Shown here: positions 8,953 through 17,606 of the stretch, in pieces
Position numbering within the stretch: position 1 is the stretch's first letter
How the letters are laid out: each line of letters begins with the position of its first letter
Source: an uncultured bacterium
GTDB lineage: Bacteria; Hinthialibacterota; Hinthialibacteria; Hinthialibacterales; Hinthialibacteraceae
Assembly (NCBI GenBank): GCA_964556895.1
Contig: CAZKYC010000010.1
Coordinates: 3,883-67,882 of the forward strand
Reading direction: 5' to 3'
Length of the DNA: 64,000 nt
Made by a program: the position numbers and the translations under genes
Notes under the pieces: model-generated
What the model was told of the DNA's origin: nothing
Database searches by the model: none
The model's input: the letters and a program-made list of their open reading frames with translations, nothing else

Positions 8953-9678
8953 ATGGGTCGCGTCATTAAAGCGCCAAATATTCAACTCGAACGCGACTAT
9001 AACATTGTCGAGCGCGACAAGGTGCTTCGCCACGCGGAAGACGAAGCGGCCGAACTGATCGACACCGTGCGCGCGGAAGCCGACCGCATCCGCGAAGAAG
9101 CGCTCGAAGAAGCCGAAGCGCTGCGCAACGCTGCGCAACAAGAACTTGAGGACATGAAGGCGCAGATCGAAGAAGAAAACGCCGCCGTGCGAGAACAGGC
9201 CCGCGAACAAGGCCAACAAGAAGGCAAGAGCCAGGGCCTTCAAGAAGCCCAAAAACAAATCGCCGGCCTGGTTCAAGACATGAAGGCCATAATGATCGAA
9301 GGCCAACAAATTCTTGAAGGGATGTTTCGCGACCAGGAGCCTGAAATCCGCTCGGTGATCTGCGACGCGCTCTCTCGCATCATTCTCAAAAAAATTCAAG
9401 ACGACGACGACGTAGTGGTTCGCATCACCCGCGAATGCGTCCAACAGACCGCCGACCGAAAATCCATTCGAATTCTCGTCAACGAAGCCGACAAAGCGGC
9501 GGTCGAAGAATGGGCGCCTGGATTGATGAAAGAATTTGACGACCTCGAAAAGGTCGATATCGCTGTTGACCCGCGCGTCGGCAAGGGCGGCGTGATGATC
9601 GAATCGCCGTCAGGCGGCGTCGACGGACGCATCGAGACGCAGAGCGGCGTCATTACAGACACGATTGAAAACGGATGA
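8953..9678 (+). CDS. fliH: Flagellar assembly protein FliH
   Basis: 241 aa with a Glu/Ala/Gln-rich coiled-coil N-terminal half and a C-terminal GGVMIESPSGGVDGRIETQ. Sits between fliG and fliI and overlaps the fliI start (ATGA). Confidence 0.75.
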   Translation: MGRVIKAPNIQLERDYNIVERDKVLRHAEDEAAELIDTVRAEADRIREEALEEAEALRNAAQQELEDMKAQIEEENAAVREQAREQGQQEGKSQGLQEAQKQIAGLVQDMKAIMIEGQQILEGMFRDQEPEIRSVICDALSRIILKKIQDDDDVVVRITRECVQQTADRKSIRILVNEADKAAVEEWAPGLMKEFDDLEKVDIAVDPRVGKGGVMIESPSGGVDGRIETQSGVITDTIENG

Positions 9679-11114
9679 CTCTAACCCCTCACGCCATCGA
9701 CTGGGACACCATGCGCTGGGCAATCGCCAATGCGCATACGGTGCGCCAACGCGGATATGTAGACGAACTGGTCGGCGTGGTGGTCCTGTCGCGCGGGCCG
9801 GGCGGCGCCGTCGGCGACCTGGTATATATCCTGCCGACAGCCAGCGCCCCCGTCCCGGCTGAGATCGTCGGGTTTCGAAGCGGGCGCGTCATTCTGATGG
9901 CGTTTGGCGACATCACCGGGATTCGTCCCGGCTGTGAAGTTCTCTCAACCGGCGGCCCCGCGAAGGTGAAATGCAGCGACCACCTGTTAGGCCGCTTGTT
10001 AGACGGCCTGGGCCAGCCCAGCGACGGCCAAGGCCCCATCCAAACGAAGACATTGCGTTCGATTTATAACCGTCCGCCAAACGCCATCACGCGCCAGCGC
10101 ATTCAACAGCCGCTATCGACCGGGGTGAAAGTGATTGACTCGATGTTGACTTGGGGGCGCGGCCAGCGCCTGGGCGTGTTCGCAGGCAGCGGCGTCGGCA
10201 AAAGCACCCTAATGGGCATGATTGCGCGTTCGGCCGAGGCGGAGGTCAACGTGATCGCATTGATCGGCGAGCGCGGACGTGAAGTGCGCGAGTTTATTGA
10301 AAAAGATTTGGGCGAAGACGGTATGGCGCGCAGCGTCTTGATTATCGCCACCAGCGACAACCCGCCGCTGACGCGGGTCAAAGGGGCGCTGACCGCGATG
10401 ACCATCGCTGAGTATTTTCGCGATCAGGGCAAAGACGTTTTATTCATGATGGACTCAGTGACTCGTATGGCGATGGCCCAACGCGAAGTCGGCCTGGCGG
10501 CGGGCGAACCTCCCACTACGCGCGGGTATACGCCGTCTGTGTTTGCGTTATTGCCTGCGTTTATGGAGCGCGCCGGAACCAGCGAGGGCGCGGGCAGCAT
10601 CACCGCCCTCTTCACCGTCTTGGTCGAAGGCGATGACATGAACGAGCCTATCGCCGACGCCACGCGAGGCATCCTCGACGGCCACATTATCTTGTCGCGC
10701 CAGCTGGCCCACCGTAACCATTACCCCTCAGTAGACGTATTGCAAAGCATCAGCCGCGTCATGGTCGATATCACTCCACGCGAACAGATCATGTCGGCGC
10801 GGCGCATCAACCAACTACTGGCGGTATACCGCGACTCTGAAGACTTAATCAACATCGGCGCCTATCAAAAGGGCAGCAACCCCGAAATTGACCTGGCGAT
10901 TGATATGAAGCCGACCATTGACGCGTTTTTACAACAAGACATTGAAGAATCTGTCGATTACAATGAGTCGCTATCACAGATGATCGACATCGCTGGCATG
11001 TGCGGCGCGCAGCAACAACAAGCCCAACCAAAAGCGGCCCAACCCGTCCCACCGCAGCCAGCCAAACCCGGCCAGCCGAACCCGGCGGCGGTCGAACAAG
11101 GGGCGGTTCAATGA
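9675..11114 (+). CDS. fliI: Flagellum-specific ATP synthase FliI with a Q/P-rich C-terminal tail
   Basis: Walker A GSGVGKSTLMGMIAR; FliI/F1-beta-like motifs (VLFMMDSVTRMAMAQREVGLAAGEPPTTRGYTPSVF, ILSRQLA). The last roughly 40 aa (QQQQAQPKAAQPVPPQPAKPGQPNPAAVEQGAVQ) are a low-complexity extension. Confidence 0.95.
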   Translation: MTLTPHAIDWDTMRWAIANAHTVRQRGYVDELVGVVVLSRGPGGAVGDLVYILPTASAPVPAEIVGFRSGRVILMAFGDITGIRPGCEVLSTGGPAKVKCSDHLLGRLLDGLGQPSDGQGPIQTKTLRSIYNRPPNAITRQRIQQPLSTGVKVIDSMLTWGRGQRLGVFAGSGVGKSTLMGMIARSAEAEVNVIALIGERGREVREFIEKDLGEDGMARSVLIIATSDNPPLTRVKGALTAMTIAEYFRDQGKDVLFMMDSVTRMAMAQREVGLAAGEPPTTRGYTPSVFALLPAFMERAGTSEGAGSITALFTVLVEGDDMNEPIADATRGILDGHIILSRQLAHRNHYPSVDVLQSISRVMVDITPREQIMSARRINQLLAVYRDSEDLINIGAYQKGSNPEIDLAIDMKPTIDAFLQQDIEESVDYNESLSQMIDIAGMCGAQQQQAQPKAAQPVPPQPAKPGQPNPAAVEQGAVQ

Positions 11115-12325
11115 GGCAGTTTGAGTTTAGGCTTGATCCGGTCATGCGAGTAAAGCGCTATCATATCGAAGAGAAAGAACAAGTGATTCATCGGCTCGAA
11201 GAGCAAGTGTTGGGGCTGATCGAAGAAATTGAAGCCGGGCGTGAAAGCGTTCAGGCGTTTCGGCAGCGATTACTCGAACAGGCCAACGACCGCGAGTATA
11301 CTCAAAAACAAAAGACGTTGGTTGAATTTCGAGCGTATATCAATAAAGTCGAACAAGAAAAACAAGCGCAAATTGAGCGCCTGCGCACCGAACAAAACCA
11401 GCGTAGGCAAGAATTGATCGGCCTCTATCAAGAAGAAAAGATCCTGGAAAAATTGCGCGAGAAAAAACGCGAAGATTGGCAGGCCGAGACATTTCGCGAG
11501 GAGGACAAGGTGATGGACGAAATCGGCTCGCAACGCTTTAACCAACGGCGCATGGAACAAGGCGGGGTGTTGCTTTACTTACTCGTGCCCGTCTTGTTAA
11601 TCGGCGCAGCGGCGGGCATCGGCTGGTATACCGGCGCAATTGACCAGGAGATGTTAAGAAAACTGCCGATTCCATTTCTTCAAGGTGAAATCGCCAGCGC
11701 GACGGATGGAATCGAAGCGCCCACCAGTTCGGCGGTCGCCGACGCGTATACCCCGAGAGATTTGATCGGCGATTTAGACCAACCCATGCCCGACCTTCTT
11801 GACAATATCATCGATCTGCGCGAACAACAGCGCCGCCAGGCCGAAGACCTCGAACGCCGCGAAGCCGAAATCGCCAAGAAAGAAGAACGGCTAAAAGCCT
11901 TGCAACAACAACTTTCGGGCTATGTCGAATCAGCCTCAGAACAGCTCATTACTCTGAAAGACTTGCAACTCAAACGAGACGAAAAAGAAAAAAGCGAGTT
12001 GAGCGAGTTGGAACAAAAAATGTCAGCCGCCCTCTCAAAAGCCAAGCCCAAAGAAATATCGAATTTAATCATCACCTTATATCAAGCCAATACCATCGTC
12101 GACGAAGAAGACAAGCGAGAGCAGCAATTGCGCGCCGTACGCATTATTCGAAGCATGCCCGACAAGTCGCTCAGCGCCATGTTCGCCCAATTACAAAAAG
12201 ACAACCCTCAAGTCGCGGCCCAGATGATGAATGACTACCTCAGCCTGACCACTGAAGAATTGTATGGCATCGAACCTGCGCCAACCGAAGCGCCGTCAGC
12301 GACGGGCGTCTCGCAAACAAATTGA
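11111..12325 (+). CDS. fliJ: FliJ-like flagellar export chaperone fused in-frame to a membrane-anchored coiled-coil / MgtE_N-like (YlxF/FlbB-type) module
   Basis: ATG at 11111 overlaps the fliI stop (ATGA). The first roughly 150 aa, MRQFEFRLDPVMRVKRYHIEEKEQ... with heptad-rich coiled coil, fit FliJ. No stop follows. The ORF continues through a TM helix (VLLYLLVPVLLIGAAAGIGWY) and a second coiled coil. The C-terminus (AVRIIRSMPDKSLSAMFAQLQKDNPQVAAQMMNDYLS) resembles the MgtE intracellular N-domain seen in B. subtilis YlxF and spirochete FlbB. The ORF-track start at 11000 lies inside fliI and is rejected. Confidence 0.6.
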   Translation: MRQFEFRLDPVMRVKRYHIEEKEQVIHRLEEQVLGLIEEIEAGRESVQAFRQRLLEQANDREYTQKQKTLVEFRAYINKVEQEKQAQIERLRTEQNQRRQELIGLYQEEKILEKLREKKREDWQAETFREEDKVMDEIGSQRFNQRRMEQGGVLLYLLVPVLLIGAAAGIGWYTGAIDQEMLRKLPIPFLQGEIASATDGIEAPTSSAVADAYTPRDLIGDLDQPMPDLLDNIIDLREQQRRQAEDLERREAEIAKKEERLKALQQQLSGYVESASEQLITLKDLQLKRDEKEKSELSELEQKMSAALSKAKPKEISNLIITLYQANTIVDEEDKREQQLRAVRIIRSMPDKSLSAMFAQLQKDNPQVAAQMMNDYLSLTTEELYGIEPAPTEAPSATGVSQTN

Positions 12326-12492
12326 TCAAAACAAACGCTTCCCCTAGAACGTCTAAAGCCGGGGCTTCATACGGCTCGCTTTCGTGCGGGCTTTCAGGCG
12401 TTTCTCATGCCTACAGATACTCATAATTGCGCCTCAAACCAATTTTTGTCATAATGTTAAATCACACATCCTTAAACCTTGTGGAGCGCTTG

Positions 12493-14097
12493 ATGAACGA
12501 CCCGACACTTGCCAAGACAATCTTTGTTATTGTTCTCGTATTCTTTGCTCAACTACCCGGGTTCGCCGAAACGGAGAGCAACGAAATCACACTCTCGCTT
12601 TTGGATGGAGAACATTGGTGGGGCGGCGCCATCGTTGACGGACACGAGATGCCATTTGGCGAAGCGAATTACTCGCTTGATCTGCTCGGCGAAAACAAGG
12701 GCAATCAATGCCAGCCGCTGTTGGTTTCAAATCACGGCCGCTTTGTCTGGTGTGAAGACCCGTTTGAATTTGAATTTCATCAGACTGAACTGTCTGTCAA
12801 ATCTCAGTTCAGTAAACTCCACCACGGCCAAGCGGGCACAACGCTTAAAGACGCAGTGTTGTATGCGAGCAAGACCTTCTTTCCCCCGTCTGGGACGCTG
12901 CCCGACGAAACCCTTTTCACCAAGCCGCAATACAACACCTGGATAGAGTTGATGTATGACCAGAACCAAAAAGACATTCTGAAATACGCCGACGATATTG
13001 TCGAAAACCGCTTCCCGCCAGGCGCGTTAATGATTGATGATAACTGGCAAGAAGATTATGGGACGCTGGAATTTAAAGCCGAGAAGTTCTCCGACCCCAA
13101 GGGGATGATTGAGCGGCTGCACAGCCAAGACTTTAAAGTGATGCTTTGGGTATGCCCGTTCATCAGCCCTGATTCACCGGTCTATCGAGAGCTCAAACGT
13201 AAGCATGTATTAATGTCTGAAGATGTAAACTTGGCGGTCCCCGCCATCGTCCGCTGGTGGAACGGCGCCAGCGCGTTGCTTGATCTAAGCAACCCCGATG
13301 GAGAAGAATGGTTTGTCGGTCAACTGAATCGACTGGTAGATACTTACGGCGTCGACGGGTTCAAACTCGACGCGGGCGACGCCCCCTTCTATGAAGGCAT
13401 TCACTCCTATGAAGAAGCCCACCCCAACCATCATATGGAGTTGTTCGCGCGCATTGGCTTACAATTTCCACTCAACGAATACCGCGCTTGTTGGAAGCTG
13501 GCGGGCCAACCGCTGGTCCAGCGACTTCGCGACAAAGCCCACGATTGGGAAGACCTGCGAAAATTGGTCCCAGGAATCTTGGCCCAAGGCATCGTCGGCT
13601 ACGCCTATACCTGCCCGGATTTAATCGGCGGCGGCGAGTTTCGCTCGTTTCTTCATTTGGATACCGTTGATCAAGAATTGATCGTGCGCTCGACCCAATG
13701 CCACGCCTTAATGCCGATGATGCAGTTCTCGGTCGCGCCGTGGCGTGTTCTCGACCACGACAAACTAGAGATTTGCCGCGACATGGCGGAACTTCACGTC
13801 GCGTTCGCTGATGAAATCATGGCGCTGGCTCGACATTCATCAAAAACTGGCGAGCCAATCGCGCGACACATGGAATATGTGTTCCCCCATCAAGGCTACA
13901 TCCATGTCAGCGACCAGTTTATGTTGGGTGACGACATCCTCGTCGCGCCCGTGGTAGAAAAAGAAACCTATCAGCGAACGGTCCTTATCCCTGAAGGAAC
14001 CTGGAAGGCGGACGACGGCGCTATCGTCAACGGGCCAAGCGAGATCGAAGTCGATGCGCCGATTGAGCGGTTGCCCTGGTTTCGGCGAGTGAACTAA
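12493..14097 (+). CDS. Secreted glycoside hydrolase, GH31-like TIM-barrel
   Basis: Start moved to the ATG at 12493 (GGAG RBS, signal-peptide-like MNDPTLAKTIFVIVLVFFAQLPGFA). Motifs MIDDNWQEDYGT, KVMLWVCPF and GVDGFKLDAGDA (compare GH31 GxDxFKxDxGE with nucleophile Asp). Exact family uncertain. Confidence 0.55.
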   Translation: MNDPTLAKTIFVIVLVFFAQLPGFAETESNEITLSLLDGEHWWGGAIVDGHEMPFGEANYSLDLLGENKGNQCQPLLVSNHGRFVWCEDPFEFEFHQTELSVKSQFSKLHHGQAGTTLKDAVLYASKTFFPPSGTLPDETLFTKPQYNTWIELMYDQNQKDILKYADDIVENRFPPGALMIDDNWQEDYGTLEFKAEKFSDPKGMIERLHSQDFKVMLWVCPFISPDSPVYRELKRKHVLMSEDVNLAVPAIVRWWNGASALLDLSNPDGEEWFVGQLNRLVDTYGVDGFKLDAGDAPFYEGIHSYEEAHPNHHMELFARIGLQFPLNEYRACWKLAGQPLVQRLRDKAHDWEDLRKLVPGILAQGIVGYAYTCPDLIGGGEFRSFLHLDTVDQELIVRSTQCHALMPMMQFSVAPWRVLDHDKLEICRDMAELHVAFADEIMALARHSSKTGEPIARHMEYVFPHQGYIHVSDQFMLGDDILVAPVVEKETYQRTVLIPEGTWKADDGAIVNGPSEIEVDAPIERLPWFRRVN

Positions 14098-14133
14098 AAA
14101 AAGTCGATTGAGGTTCGTAAGATTAAGCGTAGG

Positions 14134-15324
14134 TCATCGGTGTTTCATTAGCGACTGGTATAACTCAACCTGTTTGGGGATGACGACGTCCCAATCATAG
14201 GTTGATTCCATCAACGCGCGGGCGGATTTCTGTAAGTGCATTCGTTTTTGCCCATCACGCAGCAGGTCAATGATCGAGTCGGTGAAGCGCTCGCCCAATT
14301 CTCGTACAATCAAATGAACGCCATCAGCGAGTTCGAGGCCTTCACAGCCGACAGGCGTGCTGACCAGGGCGCGGCCTGAGGCCATGGATTCTAAAATTTT
14401 CAGCCGTATCCCGCCGCCCACACGCAGCGGCGCCATATACACCCACGCCCGTTTCATATAGTCAGAAATCTCATCGACGCGACCGGTGACATGCACGCCC
14501 TCGTTGCCGTCAAATCGCTGAATATCGCCGGGCGGCCCAGCGCCGACGATCCAACACTCAGCGTTTGGAATCTGAGAGCGAACTTGCGGCCAACATTCGG
14601 TTAAAAACACGCGAACACCGTCAGCGTTGGGGTAGTATGACATGGTTCCGGTAAACAGAACCGATGGCGGCCCGCCTGGCTCGCTGAGAAATGGGTAAGC
14701 TTGTAACTCAACGCCTGGGGGTTGGTATTGAATGTTAAGGCCAGGCTCATAACCAGCCATCAGGTCACGGTCAATCGGCGAGATCGACAACACCAGGTCA
14801 AAGCGGCGACAGGCCGCGCGCTCAAACTGGCGGGTTCGATGGCCCTCCAGCCAGGCAGCGAACTTCACCAACGGGTTAGGCGACGCGCCTGAATAGCGCA
14901 ACAATACGTTGCCTTCAATGTTTTCTTTGTAATGGACTTTCAGGCACGGCTCATCGCTGGAGACATAGGGCGTAGTATAAAAATTTTGCGCGTGAATGAC
15001 ATCAATTTGCTTCGTTTGCACCAGCCGCTTTACATAGTGAGCCATCTCGGTGTTATAAAAACGGTGGGCTTTGTAGGGCCAGACCGATAGGCAGGAACGA
15101 ATCAGCGTCCATGCGTCCCATTTTGTTTTGGCGGGGAACGCCTTAACGCTTTCACATAGGCGCTCAACCTCAGCGAGGGAATTAAGTTCGTCAGTGTGAT
15201 GATAGAGACAAGCGATGTGGACTTCGCAGGTGCGCGCAAACCGTTTGACGGTGTTCCAGGTGACGATGCGCCCGCCGCTGTGCGGGGGAAACGGGATTTG
15301 AGGAAGAAGAAATAAGATCTTCAC
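14134..15324 (-). CDS. Glycosyltransferase family 4 (GT-B fold)
   Basis: N-terminal MKILFLLPQIPFPPHSGGRIVTWN and C-terminal EGVHVTGRVDE...LESMASGRALVSTPVGCEGL (the GT4 E-x7-E region). Confidence 0.8.
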   Translation of the reverse strand: MKILFLLPQIPFPPHSGGRIVTWNTVKRFARTCEVHIACLYHHTDELNSLAEVERLCESVKAFPAKTKWDAWTLIRSCLSVWPYKAHRFYNTEMAHYVKRLVQTKQIDVIHAQNFYTTPYVSSDEPCLKVHYKENIEGNVLLRYSGASPNPLVKFAAWLEGHRTRQFERAACRRFDLVLSISPIDRDLMAGYEPGLNIQYQPPGVELQAYPFLSEPGGPPSVLFTGTMSYYPNADGVRVFLTECWPQVRSQIPNAECWIVGAGPPGDIQRFDGNEGVHVTGRVDEISDYMKRAWVYMAPLRVGGGIRLKILESMASGRALVSTPVGCEGLELADGVHLIVRELGERFTDSIIDLLRDGQKRMHLQKSARALMESTYDWDVVIPKQVELYQSLMKHR

Positions 15325-15340
15325 AGCGCCATCCGGCCGG

Positions 15341-16594
15341 TCACGCGGTTTGTCCGATCAACGCCAGACAACGAACCGCCGCCGCGCGGACGGATTCGGT
15401 TTTTTCGCGTTCGCTAAATTCTGGGTGAATGAACGGGTTGCGAAGGTGTTGAAGCCGAATTAACTCGCTGGCGAGTTGGGTCACGCCATTGTCATCGAGC
15501 CCCTTCAGGTTGAGGGGGTTTTTGATGATGACTTTACCCTTGCGGTTTGAAAACTCGTGATGGCGCCCCCAGCAGTATAAAATAACGCCTAAGGCTTTCA
15601 GGCCGTCGGGTTTGTATTTCTCGCGGTGTTTGATGATACGCTCTAATACCTGGCGCGAGATATCAGAGTTGATTTCTAAATTTTGTTGTTGAACAGCGCG
15701 AATCAAGTATTGATTAAAGAACATGTCGAGGTTGCGAAGCGACGTATCATACAACTGGTCGGCTAGTTTCTCGATGTTGCTCGCAGTCAACAGACGGTTG
15801 ACCTTTCGGCCGATACGCTGCTTGACTTCATTTTCGACCGCAAACGAATACGAAAACCCAATATTGCGCGAAACTGAAACCGATGACGCGGAGGGCGACT
15901 GTTGCAAGTGTTCCGCCAGGGCCAGCATGGTCTTGGTTTCGTTCTCAAATTTTCCGATTTCAGGCAATTCATTTTTCAGCGACTGAACCGCCGCTTCATA
16001 GTCGGCGTCGGTGTAGCCTTCTTCGTGGGCGCGTTGAGGCATCTCAAGTTGGTCGATCATTTCATAGACCTGGCTCTTGAGGCCTGCGTCGAGTTCTTGT
16101 TCTTGAAGCAGCGTCTGTAATTCATCACGTAACGCGTCTGAATTGCCTTCACTTTGGATGCATTCATCCACGCGCTCATGAAATTGGCGAATGCGGTCGA
16201 GCTGGTCAAATATCTTGTCTAGCCCTTTATAGAGGGTGTCGATTTCCGCGTCGATGCGCGACTTGCTCAACACCAGCATGGCGCCGTATTCACGGGCCAG
16301 CGCGCCTTCGTCGAAGGTCCCCACGGCGGATATCATAATCATCGGCAAGCTGGGGTGAATGCGCTTGACTTCACGAATAAACTGGAGCCCTTCGTCATGC
16401 GTACGCATGTCCAAGTCGGTGATGACCACATTGGGGTCGTGAGAGCCTATGGTTTCGAGGCCGCGGTCCATGTTATCGGCCTCTTGGACCTGGTAGCCCG
16501 CAAGAGTCAGGTTTCGTTTGACCGCCGCGCGGTATTGTGAATTATCATCAACGATCAATAAACGTTTGTTCGACATTCTCTCACCAATCCCCAT
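15341..16594 (-). CDS. Response regulator: receiver domain plus uncharacterised roughly 290-aa C-terminal domain
   Basis: Receiver motifs LLIVDDNSQYR...VVITDLDMRTHDEG...PMIMISA...LSKS. The remaining roughly 290 aa (helical, ending ...LRNPFIHPEFSEREKTESVRAAAVRCL) match no domain I recognise. It is translationally adjacent to the upstream oxidoreductase (stop 16595, start 16594). Confidence 0.75.
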   Translation of the reverse strand: MGIGERMSNKRLLIVDDNSQYRAAVKRNLTLAGYQVQEADNMDRGLETIGSHDPNVVITDLDMRTHDEGLQFIREVKRIHPSLPMIMISAVGTFDEGALAREYGAMLVLSKSRIDAEIDTLYKGLDKIFDQLDRIRQFHERVDECIQSEGNSDALRDELQTLLQEQELDAGLKSQVYEMIDQLEMPQRAHEEGYTDADYEAAVQSLKNELPEIGKFENETKTMLALAEHLQQSPSASSVSVSRNIGFSYSFAVENEVKQRIGRKVNRLLTASNIEKLADQLYDTSLRNLDMFFNQYLIRAVQQQNLEINSDISRQVLERIIKHREKYKPDGLKALGVILYCWGRHHEFSNRKGKVIIKNPLNLKGLDDNGVTQLASELIRLQHLRNPFIHPEFSEREKTESVRAAAVRCLALIGQTA

Positions 16595-17596
16595 TTAACT
16601 TGCTGACAACGGCAGTGACACTTGCGCGCCTGAGTCGCGCGATTGATAGGCCGCCAAGGCGACTTCAACCGCTTTCAGCCCATCGCGTCCAGTAATGGGG
16701 GGCGTTCCCGGCTGGTCGACGATCTTCAGAAACGATTTCACAAGCCCGAGGTTAACGTCATCGCCCCAAAACGCCCATTCACCTTTGACGGCGTCATTAT
16801 TGTATAGTTCTATCTTTTGATTAAAAGCGTCGAGGGTAATGCTGCCCTGTTCGCCGACGATCTCCATGGTGACGTCGCCCCAGGTCGGGAACGCCTGGTT
16901 GGGCCGCGACCAGGATGTATCAAGGGTCGCGAATACGCCGCCTTCAAATTCTAATGACAACAGTCCGGCGTCTTCGACAGCCAGATCAGGGTAAAAGCGT
17001 TGTTCCATCTCGGCGTACACAGAGACCACTTCTCGCTTGAGCATCCACCGCCACGCATCAATCACATGAACGGTATGGTCAATCACCGCGCCGCCGCCCG
17101 ACAGGGCCGGGTCAACAAACCAGCCGCCCGGCATGGTTCCACGGTTGGCGCCTTTGAGCGCAATGATGTTTCCGAGTTTTTCTTGTTCAAGCAACTGGCG
17201 CACTCGAAACGCAGGCGTGCTATAGCGGCAAGGAAACGCAATCATCAGCGGCGCCTGGGCCTCGTCGCAAGCGGAGATCATCGTCTGGGCGTCACGGATA
17301 GACACGGAGATGGGTTTTTCACACAGAATCGGCTTCTTGGCGGCGGCGGCCTGTAAGACATGGTCTTTGTGTTTCACATTCTCGCTGCAGACAATGACGC
17401 CGTCTGACTCAGCGAGCAGGCCGATTATGGACTCGAAAAACCTGACGCCCAATTGCCGGCAGGCGTCTTCTCCCCGCGCCGGGTCATCATCATGCACGCC
17501 AACAATTTGCGCTTGTTCGGGCAACTGCTGCAGCGCAGCCGCATAGCTGAACATGTGCATATGGGCGGCGGAGATCAGTCCAATTCGAGAAACCAT
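16595..17596 (-). CDS. Gfo/Idh/MocA family NAD(P)-dependent oxidoreductase
   Basis: N-terminal Rossmann (RIGLISAAHMHMFSYAAAL...VVGVHDDDPARGE), the EKP motif (LCEKPISVS) and a C-terminal alpha/beta domain typical of the family. Confidence 0.8.
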   Translation of the reverse strand: MVSRIGLISAAHMHMFSYAAALQQLPEQAQIVGVHDDDPARGEDACRQLGVRFFESIIGLLAESDGVIVCSENVKHKDHVLQAAAAKKPILCEKPISVSIRDAQTMISACDEAQAPLMIAFPCRYSTPAFRVRQLLEQEKLGNIIALKGANRGTMPGGWFVDPALSGGGAVIDHTVHVIDAWRWMLKREVVSVYAEMEQRFYPDLAVEDAGLLSLEFEGGVFATLDTSWSRPNQAFPTWGDVTMEIVGEQGSITLDAFNQKIELYNNDAVKGEWAFWGDDVNLGLVKSFLKIVDQPGTPPITGRDGLKAVEVALAAYQSRDSGAQVSLPLSAS

Positions 17597-17606
17597 CGCG
17601 TTTCCT

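Noticed and set aside
11000-11110. ORF-track start of the fliJ-fusion ORF at 11000, inside fliI
   Set aside because: It would overlap 115 nt of fliI in another frame. The ATG at 11111 forms the standard ATGA stop-start coupling with fliI and begins the recognisable FliJ N-terminus (MRQFEFRL).
12326-12492. Possible terminator or promoter structures after the fliJ-fusion gene
   Set aside because: Only short (4-5 bp) imperfect stems without T-runs (e.g. AAGCC-GGGG-CTT); insufficient for a call.
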